DNA of 64,000 nucleotides from an uncultured Nitrospirales bacterium (GTDB lineage Bacteria; Hydrogenedentota; Hydrogenedentia; Hydrogenedentales; CAILVY01): NCBI GenBank assembly GCA_964474205.1, contig CAYYRW010000004.1, positions 67,050 to 131,049 of the forward strand, read 5' to 3'. Shown piece by piece: positions 20,024 to 32,703 of this stretch (position 1 is its first letter; each line of letters starts with the position of its first letter). The notes under the pieces were generated by a model. It saw only the letters and a program-made list of their open reading frames with translations, ran no database searches and was not told where the DNA came from. The position numbers and the translations under genes were made by a program.

Positions 20024-20201
20024 AGCGCATCTCCCCGCCACGTGTTACAATTCGAAACCCATACCTCGCTACACTCGGCGTCAAAAAGAAATCATTATTT
20101 TACATCGAAAACAAGAAAATATCAAGACCTACAACTTTCCTATTTCAATCTACCACGAATATTCCTGGAAGTCAATAAAAAACACACAATATATTGTGGC
20201 G

Positions 20202-20747
20202 CTATCGTTTGTGTATGGCAAGTATTGCCATTAGGCCCGCCAGCCCCGCCGCCAGGAGCGTGAACTTGATTATGGCGCAAGTCAGGGCTAGTTGGGGCCA
20301 GGGCGAGGCAAGGGTTCCGTAAAGGATACGGAGCAAGGCGGCATTTTCCACGGCGTCACTGGCCAGCACCACCCATTGGGCCCAGGCCAGCCCGCGTGCG
20401 GCGCTCCGCCAGAAATTGGGTATTGGACGCCCCAACACTAATACCAGACCCAGTGCCACCGCATTGGGGTAACAAATCAGGAACAGATAATCCAGCCACG
20501 TGTTCCATTTTGCGCGCGATAGCACCCCCTGGGCTTCCCATGCCGCCACAATCGCCCCCGACCGCTCGACCGTCCCCGCCACCTCGAACGATACGATGTC
20601 ACACCCTCCTCCACTGGCGGTATGCGCCTTCCCGAGGGGGAGGCCAATGAAGGTAAGCACCGCCATTAACAGCAACGTTGCCGTCAGAAAGAACCAGAAC
20701 CAGCGCCGCGACTGTTCAGGAGAGAGCCGTTCAAAGGGATGTGTCAT
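20202..20747 (-). CDS. Hypothetical integral membrane protein (181 aa, about 5 TM)
   Basis: Native GC. Hydrophobic helices (WFWFFLTATLLLMAVLTFIGL..., LAGLMAILAI). Confidence 0.55.
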   Translation of the reverse strand: MTHPFERLSPEQSRRWFWFFLTATLLLMAVLTFIGLPLGKAHTASGGGCDIVSFEVAGTVERSGAIVAAWEAQGVLSRAKWNTWLDYLFLICYPNAVALGLVLVLGRPIPNFWRSAARGLAWAQWVVLASDAVENAALLRILYGTLASPWPQLALTCAIIKFTLLAAGLAGLMAILAIHKR

Positions 20748-20794
20748 GGGGACTCCTTATATCCATTCGGGATGCTTCCCGGAGCATGAAGCCG

Positions 20795-24034
<3,240 letters not shown>

Positions 24035-24059
24035 ATGTGTCCTTACACCGGCGGGCCAA

Positions 24060-24527
24060 TCACCGGCTGATTTCCAGCACTTCGAACGCAAGGTCTCCCG
24101 CCGGCGTTTTGGCAACCACCAATTCGCCCACCGATTTCCCCAACAACGCTTTGCCCACGGGGGATTGTACCGAAATCTTGCCGCTGGGTAAATCCGCTTC
24201 CACCGGGCTGACCAGGGTGTACAGCAGTTCCTTGTTGGTCTTTTTGTTCAGCACGCGGACTTGCGCGCCCAGGTATACTTTGCTGGCATCAATATCCTGG
24301 CCGTCCAAAATGGCGGCACGGGTTACTTTATCTTCCAGGTCCTTGATGCGCGCGTGCACCATGGCCTGTTCTTCCTTGGCCGAATGGTATTCCGCGTTCT
24401 CGCTCAAATCGCCCAGCGACCGGGCATGTTCGATGGCCGCCGCCACCACGAGCCGCCGCTTGTTGAGCGCTTCCAGGTCCGCCTTCATCTTATCCAGGCC
24501 TTCCTGGGAGACATAGAGTTTTTTCAT
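24060..24527 (-). CDS. greA: Transcription elongation factor GreA
   Basis: [21 protein letters not shown]...[16 protein letters not shown] (coiled-coil N-domain) plus the FKBP-like C-domain. 155 aa. Confidence 0.95.
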   Translation of the reverse strand: MKKLYVSQEGLDKMKADLEALNKRRLVVAAAIEHARSLGDLSENAEYHSAKEEQAMVHARIKDLEDKVTRAAILDGQDIDASKVYLGAQVRVLNKKTNKELLYTLVSPVEADLPSGKISVQSPVGKALLGKSVGELVVAKTPAGDLAFEVLEISR

Positions 24528-24561
24528 GGCACGAATTCCAGGGTAACCGCCTACACAGAAC

Positions 24562-24583
24562 GACGCGCCTGGACAGGCGCGTC
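24562..24583 (-). terminator. Perfect 10-nt inverted repeat (gacgcgcctg-ga-caggcgcgtc); candidate terminator or operator between the YhhN-like gene and greA
   Basis: Palindrome located 40 nt after the stop of the 24626-25267 gene and 35 nt upstream of the greA start. No clear U-tract. Confidence 0.3.
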
Positions 24584-24625
24584 AGACATCACAGGCCCAT
24601 AGTATAGCAAATCCGGACCTCTTCA

Positions 24626-25267
24626 TTAAACGTGCGGGCGGGCGAACCAAACGGTGTAGGCCATCAGGAGCTGCGCGCCGTAATATAAGGGAAGGCCGAG
24701 ATAACGGTTCCAGGCATCGGCCTTGATAAAACGGTCCCGCGCCACAAAAAGGTCGGAGCAATAAAACATCACCGCGCCCAATGTTATAATCCACACGCCG
24801 CCTCCGCCCACCGCTCCCGCCGAACACGCCACCATGAGCGAAATGACTGCGATATACGCATAGACCGGAATACGCATGTCCCCCAGGCTGGGGTTCAGCC
24901 AGCGAAGCACAATAACCGCCGGGACCACCAACACCGCCAGCGTGCCCAGCAGGCAAATAAGGTGAACTCCATGCACCAGAAAGGCCGCGCCAAAGCCCAC
25001 ATGCCCCAGGAAAAAGGCGATTAACCCCAACAGGAAAAGGGTCTGATGGCGGAAAATCAGCAGCAGGTCGCCCCACCACGAGAAAAACAACGCAATCAGG
25101 ACGGCAATGCCATACCAGGTGTTCAGCGCGCCAGCGGTCAAGGCCAGCGCCATGAACCCCGTGGATGCCGCCATTTTGAACACACCGCCCAGAAATTCCT
25201 GCTTCATCGCCGACGCCACAAACATCAGCCCCAGCGAAACAATTGTCACCCATGCCGAAATCGCCAT
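24626..25267 (-). CDS. YhhN/lysoplasmalogenase-family membrane protein
   Basis: 213 aa, about 7 TM, with conserved-looking FFLGHVGF / FSWWGDLLL motifs recalled from the YhhN (TMEM86) family. Confidence 0.65.
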   Translation of the reverse strand: MAISAWVTIVSLGLMFVASAMKQEFLGGVFKMAASTGFMALALTAGALNTWYGIAVLIALFFSWWGDLLLIFRHQTLFLLGLIAFFLGHVGFGAAFLVHGVHLICLLGTLAVLVVPAVIVLRWLNPSLGDMRIPVYAYIAVISLMVACSAGAVGGGGVWIITLGAVMFYCSDLFVARDRFIKADAWNRYLGLPLYYGAQLLMAYTVWFARPHV

Positions 25268-25533
25268 ACGCTCAGTTCCTCTCTTTGTAACACATTTCCA
25301 CGGTAGTTTTTTCCCGCAAGCGGAGAGTCAGGGGCGGGACTTCATATTGCCCGCCCGGTCTCAATAAATTCAGGATTTTCCATGGATTTCCTTCTGAAAA
25401 TCCCTCTTTGGGCCAAGTGCCACCGATTATGCGCCGTTTTTGGAATCCGATCAAGCCTTTTCGGGGAACATGCATTCCTCCTCAAAAACCGGCTACAATA
25501 CCGCCTCCATTTCAGGTCAAAGGAAGCCATGCA

Positions 25534-27024
25534 GTGAACCCCAATGTATTGTTGATTATCGCGGATGAATTCCGCGCGGACTGTCTGGGCGCCGCGGGGC
25601 ATCCCATGGTGAAAACCCCCAACCTCGACGCCCTCGCCCGCGACGGCGTGTTGTTTCGCCGCTGCTTCGCGCAGGCCGCCCCCTGCGGTCCCAGCCGCAT
25701 GTGCGTCTACACCGGACGTTACCTGTGTTCGCATAACTCCCTGGACAATATGACACCGCTAACGGAAGCGGAAGACACCCTCCCCATGCATTTGCGCCGG
25801 CATGGCCATGCGCCGGGGTTCATGGGATACAATGATTATGCCTTTGATCCGCGCATTTTGCCCGAGGGCCATCCGAACAAAACCTCGCTGAATTATGACA
25901 ATTTCCTGCCCGGATTCGACGTGCTTCTCCACCACGAATACGATTCGCCGGAATGGTATGCGGATTTGTTAAAAAAGGGCTATCCGGAAGAGGTGTGCAA
26001 CCGCCATGCCATGTATTATCCCGACACCCCGCAGGAAGGGCCGGGCGAGCACCTTGCCTGCATTCATCCCGCGCTCTACCGCGAAGAGGACAGTGAAGCG
26101 CGGTTCCTCACCTCGGCCGCCATCGAATATACCCGCCGCCGGAAAGGCGCGGGATGGTTTTTGAGCCTCAACTACATCAAGCCCCACGGCCCCTACATCT
26201 GCCCCGCCCCGTATAACACGATGTACGATCCCCTGTGCGTGCCGGCGCCCCTCCGCCGCCCGGAAGAAATCCGGCAACCCCTGCCCTATTTCGCGCGCAT
26301 GGGCGCCTACGCCCAGGACCAATTGATGAAGGAACACGAGTGGCGGGAATTGCGCGCCTGTTATTACGGCATGATTACGGAAGTGGACGCCTGTCTCGGG
26401 CAGCTCTTCCAAGCGCTGAAAGACAGCGGACAATGGAACAATACGCTCATCATCTTTACCTCCGACCACGGGAGCTATATGGGGGATCATTATATGCAGG
26501 GGAAATCGCATTTCTATGACTCCGCCTTCCACGTGCCCTATATCGTGCGTGATCCCGCGCCGGAAGCGGACGCCACGCGCGGCACCCAACAGGATGTGTT
26601 CATTGAATCCATCGACAGCGCGCCCGCCATCTGCGAATTCCTCGGCGTGCCCCCCCTTGAACGGTTCCAGGGGCAAAGTGTTCTGAGCCATACCCGGCGG
26701 CGCCCCGGCGCCCCGGTGCGGCGGCGGGTGTTTCATGAGTTCTTCTATTATTCCCTATTGAAACCCAATGAACGCGCCGCCGCGGATCCGGATGCCTGCC
26801 GTTCCTGGACCGTGCGCGATGAACAGTTCAAATACGTGCAATTTGGCGAAGAGTCCATCCCCCCCCTGTTATTTGATCTGCGGCATGATCCCGGCGAATT
26901 CGACAACCTTGCCCAAACCCCCGAATACGCCCCCATTGTGGCCCAATACTGCCAGCACCTGATCCGTTGGCGGATCAAACACGAAGATACCCGCATGGAA
27001 CGCTGGGCCCTGCACTATAGATAA
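25534..27024 (+). CDS. Sulfatase (type I, formylglycine-dependent arylsulfatase family)
   Basis: NVLLIIADEFRAD... and the active-site motif CGPSR (C-x-P-x-R) with downstream MCVYTGRY. AAAGGAAG RBS 8 nt before GTG at 25534 (ORF open from 25408). No obvious signal peptide with either start. Confidence 0.8.
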   Translation: MNPNVLLIIADEFRADCLGAAGHPMVKTPNLDALARDGVLFRRCFAQAAPCGPSRMCVYTGRYLCSHNSLDNMTPLTEAEDTLPMHLRRHGHAPGFMGYNDYAFDPRILPEGHPNKTSLNYDNFLPGFDVLLHHEYDSPEWYADLLKKGYPEEVCNRHAMYYPDTPQEGPGEHLACIHPALYREEDSEARFLTSAAIEYTRRRKGAGWFLSLNYIKPHGPYICPAPYNTMYDPLCVPAPLRRPEEIRQPLPYFARMGAYAQDQLMKEHEWRELRACYYGMITEVDACLGQLFQALKDSGQWNNTLIIFTSDHGSYMGDHYMQGKSHFYDSAFHVPYIVRDPAPEADATRGTQQDVFIESIDSAPAICEFLGVPPLERFQGQSVLSHTRRRPGAPVRRRVFHEFFYYSLLKPNERAAADPDACRSWTVRDEQFKYVQFGEESIPPLLFDLRHDPGEFDNLAQTPEYAPIVAQYCQHLIRWRIKHEDTRMERWALHYR

Positions 27025-27047
27025 GCGGCCCGCCTTTGACCAAAATA

Positions 27048-28001
27048 CTACTCCCGCGTAATCCGCCGCACGATGAAATTGGGGCGTGCCTTGACTTCGT
27101 CATGTATCCGCGCCACATATTCCCCCACCACCCCGATGCCCAGCAGATTGATGCCGCCCAGAAAGGAGGTGGCGATCAGTTGCGAGGCCCAGGCCCGAAG
27201 CTCCAGGCCGGCAATCAACTTAAAGTACAGCGCCCACAGGATTAGTCCGGCGGAAAACAACAGTGTCAGCAGGCCCGCGATGCGGAACACAAACAGCGGC
27301 ACATACGAAAACGCGAAGATGGCGTTCATGGCCAATTTCCATTGGCCGCGCAACCCCAGCCGGGTTTTTCCCTTCTGCCGCGCGCGCCGCGCCACGGGCA
27401 CCCCGCATTGCGTAAACCCCACCCAGGCCCGCAGACCCCGCAGAAAGCGGTTGCGTTCCGGCAGCGCGCGCAACGCCTCCGCCACGCTTCGGTCCATCAA
27501 CGCAAAATTGCTGGCATCGGCGGGCAGATTGATGTTCGCCATCCAGCCGATCACCCGGTAGAACCCCCAGAACAGAAAGCGCCGCACCGCCCCTTCCTTC
27601 CGTGACGCGCGCACGGCATACACCACGTCATACCCTTCGCGCCATTTTTCCAAAAACGCGTGAAACGCCGCGGGATCATCCTGTCCGTCGGAATCCAGAA
27701 TAATGACGGCGTCCCCGCGCGCCTCTTCGAGCCCCGCCAGGAGGGCCGATTCCATCCCGAAATTCCGCGCGAGATGAATCGCCGTCACCATGCCGGGATG
27801 CTCACGGACGCAACGGTCCAATAGTTCCCCGCTGCCGTCCGTGCTGCCATCGTTGACCAGGATGAACTCATAGCCTTGGGGAAGGCGTAAGGATTCAAGC
27901 GCCGCAAGCACCTCCTTCACAAATGCAGAGAGGTTTTCCTGTTCGTTATATACGGGCGCAATCACGGAAACCCGTTCGTCACCGCCACTATGATGGGACA
28001 T
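27048..28001 (-). CDS. Family-2 glycosyltransferase, polyprenyl-phosphate sugar transferase-like (DPM1/ArnC-like) with C-terminal TM helices
   Basis: VSVIAPVYNEQENL, FILVNDGSTDGS, DSDGQDDP (DxD) and two C-terminal TM helices. Confidence 0.85.
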   Translation of the reverse strand: MSHHSGGDERVSVIAPVYNEQENLSAFVKEVLAALESLRLPQGYEFILVNDGSTDGSGELLDRCVREHPGMVTAIHLARNFGMESALLAGLEEARGDAVIILDSDGQDDPAAFHAFLEKWREGYDVVYAVRASRKEGAVRRFLFWGFYRVIGWMANINLPADASNFALMDRSVAEALRALPERNRFLRGLRAWVGFTQCGVPVARRARQKGKTRLGLRGQWKLAMNAIFAFSYVPLFVFRIAGLLTLLFSAGLILWALYFKLIAGLELRAWASQLIATSFLGGINLLGIGVVGEYVARIHDEVKARPNFIVRRITRE

Positions 28002-28045
28002 CGTGCTTCAATTCCTTTCCCCCTGCGGGGTTGTCCGCCGCCATT

Positions 28046-28777
28046 CTACCGCTTTTTTAGCACCGCCCACACGGAAAGCCCCAGGGGCAGCGGCAGACGT
28101 TTCAACCACATGGTTTCCAGCCGTCCATACGCAATCAGCGCCGCATTCACCCACTTGGGCACATGCGGAAACTCCACGTCCTTCAATTTCGCGCCCAGGA
28201 GCCGGTCCTTCCAGCGCACCGCCACCGCCGGCGGCACACTCACCGCGTTCCAATACGAACAGCGCTCGATGTAAAATCCCGCCGCTTGGGCCGCTTCTGA
28301 CAAGGTCTTCGCCGTGTACCGCCGAAAATGTTCGTTATACGCGTCCCAGGCCGAAAAGAGCCACGGATACGCCGGAACCGTCACCACCGCGACCCCTCCC
28401 GGACGCAGCACCCGGCACACCTCTTCAAGACACGCCCCATCGTTCTTGATGTGTTCCAACACGTCCAGCATCACCACTGCGTCCACCGACGCCTCCCGAA
28501 ACGGCCAGCCGCATCCCGCATCAAACGCCAACGTCTTGCGCACCCCCTGATCATGCGCGAACCGCGCCGCCGCCGCCGACAAATCCCCGCAGGCAATATT
28601 CCGTCCCTCCGCCTGCAACTCCGTCGAAAACAACCCTCCGCCGCATCCCGCCTCCAGGAGGAGGCCCGATGCCGGCGCATACCGCTCCAGCAGCACCCGC
28701 GCCCACCGGCGCTTATTGACAAACCACCAGTACGTTGTTTCCGTCCGGTGATGAACTACCAGCCACTCATGCAACAT
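28046..28777 (-). CDS. Class I SAM-dependent methyltransferase
   Basis: Motif I LLEAGCGGG and post-I DAVVMLDVLEHI. Most likely start is M at 28777 (ORF open to 28957). Same strand as, and 45 nt downstream of, the GT2 gene. Confidence 0.75.
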   Translation of the reverse strand: MLHEWLVVHHRTETTYWWFVNKRRWARVLLERYAPASGLLLEAGCGGGLFSTELQAEGRNIACGDLSAAAARFAHDQGVRKTLAFDAGCGWPFREASVDAVVMLDVLEHIKNDGACLEEVCRVLRPGGVAVVTVPAYPWLFSAWDAYNEHFRRYTAKTLSEAAQAAGFYIERCSYWNAVSVPPAVAVRWKDRLLGAKLKDVEFPHVPKWVNAALIAYGRLETMWLKRLPLPLGLSVWAVLKKR

Positions 28778-29098
28778 ATCAGGCTCTTCCGGTTTTTTAC
28801 GTACGTTTGCGTTGATGGGTGTGAACGTGCTGACGTATTCCAAGGTTGTGAAAAGACTTTGGAAGGGGGTTAGTCCTGTCCACGCGTTTGTTATACCACG
28901 GATTTTGGATTCGGGGCCACATATGCCACTTTTCCGGGCGAAGCAAGTACCCGTCAATCAGAACCTTGCGGCAAATGCACGAGCATCGGCGGCTCGGGGG
29001 GCAATCGTCTCTGATCGTCCATGTTCGCGGTGCCGGCCCTCGCTATCGGATGGCACGACGGGTACAACAAGCGTAATCCATGGCGCCTGCCCAGCGTC

Positions 29099-29659
29099 TT
29101 ACAGGCGAATCTTGGACGCGTCGCCCAGCAGGCAGCCGATATTCATGAGAAGCTTGCCCTTGCCCAAGGCCAGGCCGAACAGGCGCGTTTCCATGAGTTC
29201 GATGGGATATCCGAGCGACGAAGTTGTGTCCAGGTAGGCCATCTTCGAGACCGCCCCCCCCTTGCTTTTGACCGTGCCGTGTTGAATAACGGGGATACCC
29301 AGGGCCTCGGCCTTTTTCATTTTCGCGTCAAAATCCGAGACCTCGATCCCCAAATGATGCAGGCCTTCGCCGTGCGCGGCCAGGTGTTCGGAATAGATGT
29401 TGTCATCGCCACCTTTCACCTCAATCAATTCGATCATCAACGTGCCGGAATAGGCGAACACCATATCGGCGTCCATATTCACTTTCCTGCCCCGATAGAA
29501 CGTCTCCTGTTCGCCCACATTGCCCCGATACCAGGGCCGGATACCCATGACATTGGCGTAGTAGGCGAGCGCCTGGTTCATGTCGCGTACGATGATGCCT
29601 AGCTGATAGACGCGGGGAAGCCCCAGGCTGTGCAATGTGGATGCTGTGGCATTAGTCAT
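29099..29659 (-). CDS. VOC-family (glyoxalase/bleomycin-resistance/dioxygenase fold) protein
   Basis: Two beta-alpha-beta-beta-beta modules with HHLGIEV and GYPIELME motifs. 186 aa. Confidence 0.75.
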   Translation of the reverse strand: MTNATASTLHSLGLPRVYQLGIIVRDMNQALAYYANVMGIRPWYRGNVGEQETFYRGRKVNMDADMVFAYSGTLMIELIEVKGGDDNIYSEHLAAHGEGLHHLGIEVSDFDAKMKKAEALGIPVIQHGTVKSKGGAVSKMAYLDTTSSLGYPIELMETRLFGLALGKGKLLMNIGCLLGDASKIRL

Positions 29660-29690
29660 CAGTGTGTTCTCCTAACGTTGGAGTCTAGGC

Positions 29691-30332
29691 TCATATCCCC
29701 AACATATGCTTGGTGTAGTCAAAAAGGTACTCCTTGAATTCTTCGAAGTTCTCCCTGCGCAAAGGGTCGGTGCGAAGTTGTTGCCAACTGAAGGCTCCCG
29801 AAACAAAGTAACTGAATATGAGCCAATCAAAGGAACGGATGAAATAGCCGAGATTGAGGCCGCTCCGGACCATTCCCAGTTCCTGGCCGCGCTTCAGAAT
29901 CGCGGCGAGCCGGTTGTAAAGCCGCAGGGTCAACTCGGCTTCACGGTCACGGAGCTCATCCGGCGGTTCCAACCACCGCATCACGTAGAGGCGCTGGCGC
30001 TCCGGATTCCCATGGGCGAAGCCCAGCAACCGTTCGATCAGGTCGTGAAGGGCCTTCTCAAAACGCTCGCGATCTTGGATCACCCCGTCGTCGATGCCAT
30101 CCAGGATTTCATCCACCAACTGCTCTTCTTTTTCATAGAGAGCCTCTATGATCCGCAGGTAAAGCTCCCGTTTCGAACCGGCATGATAGTGGACCACCGA
30201 TACGCTCAGCCCCGTTTCCGAGGCGATCCGGCGGGTCGAAACCCCATCGTACCCATGTTCTGCAAACAGCCTTGAGGCTTCGGCAAAAATACGCTCCCGT
30301 CCGCTCCTCTCGCTCTCGACGGCAGACTCCAT
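29691..30332 (-). CDS. TetR/AcrR-family transcriptional regulator
   Basis: N-terminal HTH LFAEHGYDGVSTRRIASETGLSVSVVHYHAGSKRELY. Divergent from the ceramidase-like/SPL/MFS operon. Confidence 0.9.
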   Translation of the reverse strand: MESAVESERSGRERIFAEASRLFAEHGYDGVSTRRIASETGLSVSVVHYHAGSKRELYLRIIEALYEKEEQLVDEILDGIDDGVIQDRERFEKALHDLIERLLGFAHGNPERQRLYVMRWLEPPDELRDREAELTLRLYNRLAAILKRGQELGMVRSGLNLGYFIRSFDWLIFSYFVSGAFSWQQLRTDPLRRENFEEFKEYLFDYTKHMLGI

Positions 30333-30472
30333 GGTGTTGACAACTCCTTTTGCGATACGCTAGAATGAATCGAACGTTCGATCTATTATACGCCCGGCAC
30401 CGCGCACTGTCAAGTGAGCCTCAGGAGGCCCGCCCGTAAGTGCCTGTCACGAAACAAACAGGAGTGTTTTCG

Positions 30473-31237
30473 ATGGAAACCTTGCCCAACTTTGGTTTGG
30501 CCAACACGGCAACGGCTTTCGCCACGTTAGGAGCCGGACTCTTTCCCCTGCTGTACTGCCGCTTCATGCTCAAACAGCCGCCACGTTGGATATTCGTCTA
30601 TTGGATGATCCTCGTTACCGGCGTTTTCACGATTACGCTCCACGGCTTTGGGGAAACGAATCCGGTCTGGGGTGAACGCTGGTTATGGGGCGTTCTCGAC
30701 ACGGGCAGCAACATCGTTGTGACGTGGTCCATCGCGTTGGCCGTTCTGGGCGATTACTATGCGCGAAAGACGCGGAATTGGGCAATACCCCTGGCAACCC
30801 TGGGGATGATGGCGGGCGTGGCGTGGCACTACTACGACCTGCTTCCAGGCACCGCCCGTGTCTGCCTTATTCCCTTGGGCGAGTGGGGCGGCTTCTATCC
30901 CGGCGAGTCTTTTTTGATCGCGTTTTCATGGCTGGTTCTATTTCTCTTTTTTGTGAAGAGGAAGCGGGTTCCAAGAGAAGCGCGGCCGCTGCTGGTCCTC
31001 GTTGCGCTGATATTCTTCGGGGGCATGCTCCTCGCCACGGCGGGTAACGGCCAGATCGTCTACCCGTTCCTTTCAATTCATGCTATCTGGCACATCGTGG
31101 GTGCGTTCGGTTTCATAACGCTATGGGCGTTCAATCACGTCCGCTTCTCCATTGTTCCGGATGGTGTTTCGGAAGCTCAGGTGAGCGCGGGAAGGCGGAC
31201 ATACGCATCAGATGACGACAGGAGATACGATTCATGA
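30473..31237 (+). CDS. CREST-superfamily 7-TM hydrolase, alkaline-ceramidase-like
   Basis: About 255 aa with 7 predicted TM helices, His in TM2-3 (TLHGFGE) and the C-terminal HxxxH (SIHAIWHIVGAFGF), as in alkaline ceramidases/PAQR. CAGGAGTG RBS before ATG 30473; alternative GTG at 30440 with AGGAGG at 30424. Confidence 0.5.
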   Translation: METLPNFGLANTATAFATLGAGLFPLLYCRFMLKQPPRWIFVYWMILVTGVFTITLHGFGETNPVWGERWLWGVLDTGSNIVVTWSIALAVLGDYYARKTRNWAIPLATLGMMAGVAWHYYDLLPGTARVCLIPLGEWGGFYPGESFLIAFSWLVLFLFFVKRKRVPREARPLLVLVALIFFGGMLLATAGNGQIVYPFLSIHAIWHIVGAFGFITLWAFNHVRFSIVPDGVSEAQVSAGRRTYASDDDRRYDS

Positions 31238-32697
31238 ACACAACCGCCACACAGCCGTCCGGACTCGCCACGCTGCCGTTTGAAGGCATGGCGGAGGAAG
31301 CGATCTTCGACGCCTTGGCCTCCTTCAAGAAAGCCGATGTGCCCTGGCGGTCCGGGCGAATGCTGGGATACACGTATGTTCCGGGCGAAGCGGCAATGCG
31401 CGTGGCCCAAGAGGCGTATATGCACTACCTGACGGAAAACGGCTTGGATTGGAGCGTATTCCCGAGCATGCACAAGATGGAAACCGACATCATCCACATT
31501 CTGCGGGAATTGTTGCGCGGAGACGAGGACGTGGCCGGCAGTTGCACCTCGGGCGGCACGGAGAGCATTCTGTGCGCCGTCAAAGCGGCCCGCGACTATT
31601 GCCGCGCGCACAAGCCGGATATTGTTGAGCCCGAGATCATATTGCCCGAGACGGCGCACGGGGCGTTTCACAAGGCCTGTTCCTACTTCAACGTCAAACC
31701 CGTTCTCACGGGCTACGACCCCGAGACCTTCCGTGCGGATGTCGATTCAATTCGTGACGCCGTGACCGGGAACACGATCCTGATTGTCGCCTCGGCGCCG
31801 GGTTACGCGCAGGGCGTCATCGACCCTATTCGGGAAATCGGAGAAGTGGCGCTGGAGAAGAACCTGCTGTTTCACGTCGACGCGTGCGTGGGCGGAATCC
31901 ACCTGTCCTTCATGCGCCGCATGGGATACGATCTTCCTGATTTCGATTTCACCGTGCCGGGCGTGACCTCAATCTCGTTGGACATGCACAAGTACGGATA
32001 CGCCCCGAAAAACATATCAAGCGTGTTGTATCGCCGCAAGGAGTTGCGCTTCTTCCAATACTTCTCGAATCGCCGAAACACCTGCTATGCCCTCGTGAAT
32101 CCGGCCATATTGAGCACAAAATCAGGCGGTCCCTACGCCGGCGCGTGGGCTATTCTGCACTACCTCGGCGAATCCGGCTACCGCACGATCGTCAAGAAGG
32201 TCCAAGACGCCACCGAACGTTTCGCCGCCGGCATCAACGCCATTGACGGCCTCCGCGTTTTGGGAAAACCGGACATGTGCATGTTTTCCTTTACCTCGGA
32301 AGGCTTCAATATCTTCGAACTGGCCGACAAGGTCCGGGAGAAGGGTTTCTACATGCAGCCGCAGTTCACCCATGGCGCCACCCCGGCCAACCTGCATGTC
32401 TCGCTGAGCTACGGGACCGCCGATTCGGTCGATGCCGCGCTCGCGATGCTGCGCGAAGCCGTCGCGGAGGTCAAAGCGAACCCAAATCCGATCAGCCTCG
32501 AACTGGTGCGCGGCACCGTGCACAAGATGCTCGCGGACCTGGGTGAGAAGGCGGGCGATGCCTTGCGCGCCATGGCAGGCATCAGCGAGGGCGGTCTGCC
32601 GGCGCAGATGGCGTTGATTAACTCGGTCTTCGATGCGTTGCCCAATGAACTCGCCGAGAACATGCTGTCCGAGTACATGAACCAGGTCTTTGTGTAG
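31234..32697 (+). CDS. Sphingosine-1-phosphate lyase-like PLP-dependent enzyme (group II decarboxylase fold)
   Basis: PLP-lysine motif SLDMHKYGYAPKNISSVLY closely matches the SPL signature S-x-D-x-HKYGYAPKG-SS-VLY. 487 aa; 4-nt ATGA overlap with the upstream gene. Confidence 0.8.
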   Translation: MNTTATQPSGLATLPFEGMAEEAIFDALASFKKADVPWRSGRMLGYTYVPGEAAMRVAQEAYMHYLTENGLDWSVFPSMHKMETDIIHILRELLRGDEDVAGSCTSGGTESILCAVKAARDYCRAHKPDIVEPEIILPETAHGAFHKACSYFNVKPVLTGYDPETFRADVDSIRDAVTGNTILIVASAPGYAQGVIDPIREIGEVALEKNLLFHVDACVGGIHLSFMRRMGYDLPDFDFTVPGVTSISLDMHKYGYAPKNISSVLYRRKELRFFQYFSNRRNTCYALVNPAILSTKSGGPYAGAWAILHYLGESGYRTIVKKVQDATERFAAGINAIDGLRVLGKPDMCMFSFTSEGFNIFELADKVREKGFYMQPQFTHGATPANLHVSLSYGTADSVDAALAMLREAVAEVKANPNPISLELVRGTVHKMLADLGEKAGDALRAMAGISEGGLPAQMALINSVFDALPNELAENMLSEYMNQVFV

Positions 32698-32703
32698 GTG
32701 TGA

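Larger units (their letters stand above)
18824..20201. other. Low-GC (~42-45%) islet inserted between rpsF leader and a membrane-protein gene; candidate horizontally acquired cassette
   Basis: Hand counts give about 42% GC in 19081-19140 against about 60% in flanking genes. Contains two same-strand ORFs (66 aa and 288 aa) and a very AT-rich putative promoter at 20042-20200. Confidence 0.6.

Noticed and set aside
20037-20075. ttcgaaaccc segment reminiscent of a tRNA T-arm, considered as a possible tRNA-derived att site for the low-GC islet
   Set aside because: No complementary T-stem or acceptor stem could be folded by eye, and no tRNA gene is recognisable anywhere in the window.
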